Positions 60,190 to 64,000 of a DNA stretch of 64,000 nt are shown here, one piece after another. The notes under the pieces were generated by a model. It ran no database searches. It had not been told where the DNA came from and saw only the letters and a program-made list of their open reading frames with translations. Every line of letters begins with the position of its first letter. Position 1 is the stretch's first letter. Source of the DNA: the human T2T-CHM13v2.0 reference genome, Homo sapiens; assembly GCF_009914755.1 (NCBI RefSeq), contig NC_060925.1. One strand, 5' to 3'. The position numbers and the translations under genes were made by a program.

Positions 60190-60629
60190 TTTGGAACCAC
60201 AGCGCGTCAGTGGGCGGGGCCTCATTCTCGGGAAAACTCGGCGGTGGGAGGAGTCCCCTCCGGGAGAGCTTCCTGAAGGGGGCGAGGGCTGACTTCCGTA
60301 ATCTTTCGGAAGAGGCGGAGTCTTCTTCCGAGGACCATTCGGAAGAGGCGGAGTCTTCTTCCGAGGACCATTCGGAAGAAGGCGGAGCCTACCTCTCATC
60401 AGGACCAGTCTGACTGCACCTGCATCCTTAGCTCAGAGCATCCCCGGAGCATCTTAAGAGCTGAGCGCAGCTGACAACTAGGGGCCGGACCGTCGCAGGA
60501 GGCGTCCGCTGGATACCTTCCCCCTTCCCTGACCTAGAGCTCTACAGCTGCTGCCTCGGTACTGACCGAGGGTTCCCAGAGCTGTCTCACCATTGCAAAA
60601 ACGTTATAGCAACAGCCTCTGATTACGAC
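60190..60629 (+). promoter_or_regulatory. SYT11 promoter and 5' UTR
   Basis: CpG-rich; GC box GGGCGGGGC 60212-60220; several CGGAAG/CTTCCG ETS cores; directly upstream of the SYT11 ATG. Confidence 0.8.
60305..60387 (+). repeat. 33-bp tandem repeat (2.5 copies) in the SYT11 promoter
   Basis: TTCGGAAGAGGCGGAGTCTTCTTCCGAGGACCA at 60305 and 60338, plus a partial third copy at 60371. Confidence 0.95.
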
Positions 60630-60663
60630 ATGGCTGAGATCACCAATATCCGACCTAGCTTTG
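60630..60663 (+). CDS. SYT11: SYT11 (synaptotagmin-11) first coding exon
   Basis: ATG GCT GAG ATC ACC AAT ATC CGA CCT AGC TTT G|gtaagt = MAEITNIRPSF(D), the SYT11 N-terminus as I recall it; consensus donor; SYT11 is the known divergent neighbour of GON4L. Confidence 0.93.
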
Positions 60664-60949
60664 GTAAGTAGACTCGGGAAAACTAAGCTTGAGGTGGTCA
60701 GAATGGTTGCAAGGCCAAGGGGGCCCAGCGGCAGGGCAGAGAATGCAGCCCAGACCAGAGCCTTCAAAATGCCAGCCCCACTAAAATCGGGCCTGTGGTG
60801 GTGGGTAGTGGGTAGTGGGCAGTTGACAGTGCATGAACTTGAGCTATGGGCTGCAGGGACTGGCAGGGCCTGAGCCACACCGAGGGTGGGGAAGTCCAGG
60901 ATGCTAAAACCTTGTATGGTGCACTGTCAGCACTGCTGGAGGTGAGAAA

Positions 60950-61600
60950 CAGCAAGCGTGCGGAGGATGTGAACCCCTCCTTCTGGGGGAGGAGAGGTGG
61001 GGTAGGCCAAGCCCTCCCCCTTGGGGCACACAGGGCGGTGCCCCTTCCTCCCCCTCCCATTCCTAAGGGCTGCGGGGGAGGGAAGTGACAAGGGGGATGG
61101 GGCATCAAGATGGCAGCTTGGAGACTGTGGGCCGTGTGGCTGGCAGCCAGGGGAGGCGGCGGCCTCTGGGGAAAGAGGGGTGCGGGGTGGGGAGCAAAAA
61201 GGAAGCCACTCCTTAAGCCGGTCAGCTGGATGCTGGGGCTAGGAGGAAACGTGAGCCCTGCAAGCTCCATTCCGCATCGTAATGGTGGGGTCCCTCCGAT
61301 GCTACCAAATGGCGCTTGGCGCTGCTGGGCTGGGGGATGACGTGATGTCTATTTCTGGGCCTCCTGGCAGCGCCGACGCTCTCCTTCCGGGGCCTTTGTT
61401 CCCTGTTTCCCTGGGCCGCCTTTTCAAAAAGGGGGACTGACCAGCGTTGATGCTGGCGGGGGCGCGATCCAGGCCGGAGGGGGAGGGGCGAAAGAGGCCC
61501 AGCCCGGGGGAGGCCGCTTTGTGTACCGCAGAAAGCATTACGTCATTTCAGAGCGGCTGGTCCCCGACCCAGCCCTGTGGGCTCCAAGATTAGTTTTACA
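60950..61600. promoter_or_regulatory. GC/CpG-rich regulatory region in SYT11 intron 1
   Basis: YY1-like CAAGATGGC 61106 and AAATGGCG 61307; CRE-like TGACGTGA 61338 and TTACGTCA 61538; G-runs. Confidence 0.55.
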
Positions 61601-62505
61601 CTCTCTGGAGCAGAAAGTGGAGTGGAAAATAGGGAAGAAGGTGGCAAAGACAAGCTTGAGAAGGAAGTTTTTTCCTCTTTGGGGACTCCTGCAGTATATG
61701 CTAAAGGAGCAAACTTCCTGTGTTATGCTTTCCTGATCAAATAAATAAAATATAATTGCCCTGCTTCTCCTTGATTCAGTTTAGATGGGGGAAGCCAGTG
61801 AGAGTTGCTGCCAAAGAACCTTCTTATTCCTTCAGGGATTCTATCCCTCAGACAATCCAGTAGGTTTGAGCATCGGGACTCCAGTTTTTAGGGTGGAGAC
61901 ACAATCCAGCTAGGAAATGGCTTTTCTCATTCCTGAATAATAGGTACAGTGAAATGAGCAGAATCCAGTGTGCTCTATCCCCTCAGAATAAGGAAGAAGA
62001 AATCAAATCAGATGTGTTCAGATAACTGATCTTCACACTCATTAACTACTTGTTCTCACTTATTCCACAAGGCTAAATCTTGATGGTATTTTTTCTTCCA
62101 CTTCACCTTCCGCATCTTTATTCTTTGAGTTCTAAGTTTCCAAAACAAAAGTCCCTTTCATGATCACATGAGCAATCCATGATTTCTTCCTGTTCTTTTT
62201 CTTCTTATTCCCTTCCAACAGATTCCTTTCTCTAACTGCAGTTCCAGAATCCTTGAAAAAAGGAGATGGTGTGGAACATAATATAGTGATTTCTCTTAGA
62301 GGGACTATTATTGGGAAAGGGAAAATAAATTATATCAGCCTGTTACATACTACATTTTATTTAATCCTAACAAATACCCTCGAGTGTATGTATTATTATA
62401 TATACTTGCCAGACAAGGAAACCAAAGCTCAGAAATAAAATAACTTGGCTAAAGCCAAACAAATGACTAAAGGTAGCACTAGTTTGTTTTTGTTTTTGTT
62501 TTTGA

Positions 62506-62664
<159 letters not shown>

Positions 62665-64000
62665 TAGTAGAGATGGGGTTTCTCCATGTTGGTCAGGCTG
62701 GTCTTGAACTCCCGACCTCAGGTGATCTGCCTACCTTGGCCTCCCAAAGTCCTGGGATTACAGGTGTGAGCCACTGCACCTGGCCAATGCTAGGATTTAA
62801 ACCAATGTCTGGCTGAAGCCAAAATTTATTCTCATTCCATTGTATTATATTTGTCTACTTGACTGCGAAAAGCTATGTTTAGGAAAGGGGGTGTCAATAA
62901 AAGCAGTTCTGGTCAGAAGCTGAAGGAGCTGGCCAATAGCCCAGATGTGTCTTGCAGGTCTTTAAACCATTACAGAGGATCTCCTACATAGAGAACTACC
63001 ACTTCCAACTTTTTCACATCTCATAGAGTACTTCATTTCAAATGCCACAGCACTTGGGTGATACACCAAGCCAACACTCAATTATCCATGACCATGAAGG
63101 ACAAAAGGAGCGAGAAGCACAGGTCACTGCAATTTATAGCTACTTTAAAACACTCACTTCAGCCATTAGTTTCAACTTCCATTTCCCACCAAGCTTTGGA
63201 CTAAAGCAAGACAGAGAGCTCTAGGTTTTAATATCTTTGATGATTCTAGCTCATTGTCTTGGTTTCAGGGAGAGAGGCAAAAGTTAACAAATACTAAAAT
63301 GAAGAAAGAACAGCAAAAATAGGAAACAAGGCCAGGGGGAACAACTAGATAATTCAAAGATGCGTTCATCTGTTTCTCTTCTTTTCCTTCTCTATCCTCC
63401 TGGAATATGAGAATTCTTCATCTTCTCTCTTTTCTACCCTATCTCCATTTTCTAACAATAAAAGTTGATGCATTGTAAATATGTAAGCAGCAGTGGGTTG
63501 CCCCCCGCTCCTCCACCGCACTGCTGCAGGGAATAAATCTATGATAGAGCCAAAAGAATTGCCCAGGTGTCTCCTAATCTAAGCCTTCAGATCTCTCTTT
63601 ATGATCATTCCAAAAAATATGCCTGTCTTGGTAGTTTGCTGTGTTCCTCTTCTCATAGAGACAGTGTTCAGTTTCACTAATGAGTAGCAAACAATTTGTA
63701 GGAAAGCACCTGATTGATGAATGGAGAGCCACTTCCTTAGGCTGTGCCCATTCTTAATGGCAACTGAATCCAATTAGTTGTTCAACCAAATATTTACTGA
63801 ACTCCTATTAGAAGCAAGAGACTCTTGAGGGATTCAAAGATCCATAGGATATTGTTCCTGCCTGCCTTCAAGTAGCTTACTACCAAGGCTGTCTCCATTT
63901 TGTGAAAACTTTCCCTAAAAGCTATTTCATTTAATACTTTGAGACTAAACACTATTATTATTCGGTATGGATATAGACATGGTCACCTTGATTTATTTTG

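Noticed and set aside
60021-60413. 130-aa ORF with repeated SEEAESSSEDH
   Set aside because: Translation of the 33-bp promoter repeat; lies largely upstream of the likely SYT11 TSS.
60764-61270. 168-aa minus-strand Pro-rich ORF
   Set aside because: Expected by chance in GC-rich sequence; no recognisable homology.

Overview
Primate (very likely human, chr1q22) genomic DNA, extremely Alu-dense. The minus strand carries the 5' part of GON4L: a non-coding first exon at ~58.0 kb and coding exons 2-11 (54649 down to 5743), which splice into 1645 nt of uninterrupted ORF. The plus strand carries the divergent SYT11 promoter (33-bp repeat) and first coding exon (60630-60663). GON4L intron 2 holds a ~13.7 kb antisense ERV1 provirus (MER41/MER66-like LTRs, Arg-like PBS, integrase and env remnants). 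Its 5' LTR is split by a truncated SVA and its 3' LTR by a PSMD7 retrocopy that still has a 239-codon ORF. Best leads: (1) GON4L exon 2 is 531 nt (177 codons), contains the start codon, is flanked by inverted Alus and would form a stop-free endless ORF if back-spliced; (2) a diverged copy of exon 5 in intron 6 keeps its acceptor and has an in-frame stop (candidate poison exon); (3) a 7-codon uORF ends 1 nt before the GON4L AUG, with Kozak context set by first-exon donor choice; (4) tandem GAS motifs are retained in both LTRs. Gene and repeat names come from sequence recall, not from database searches. Most ORFs in the supplied track are Alu artefacts.
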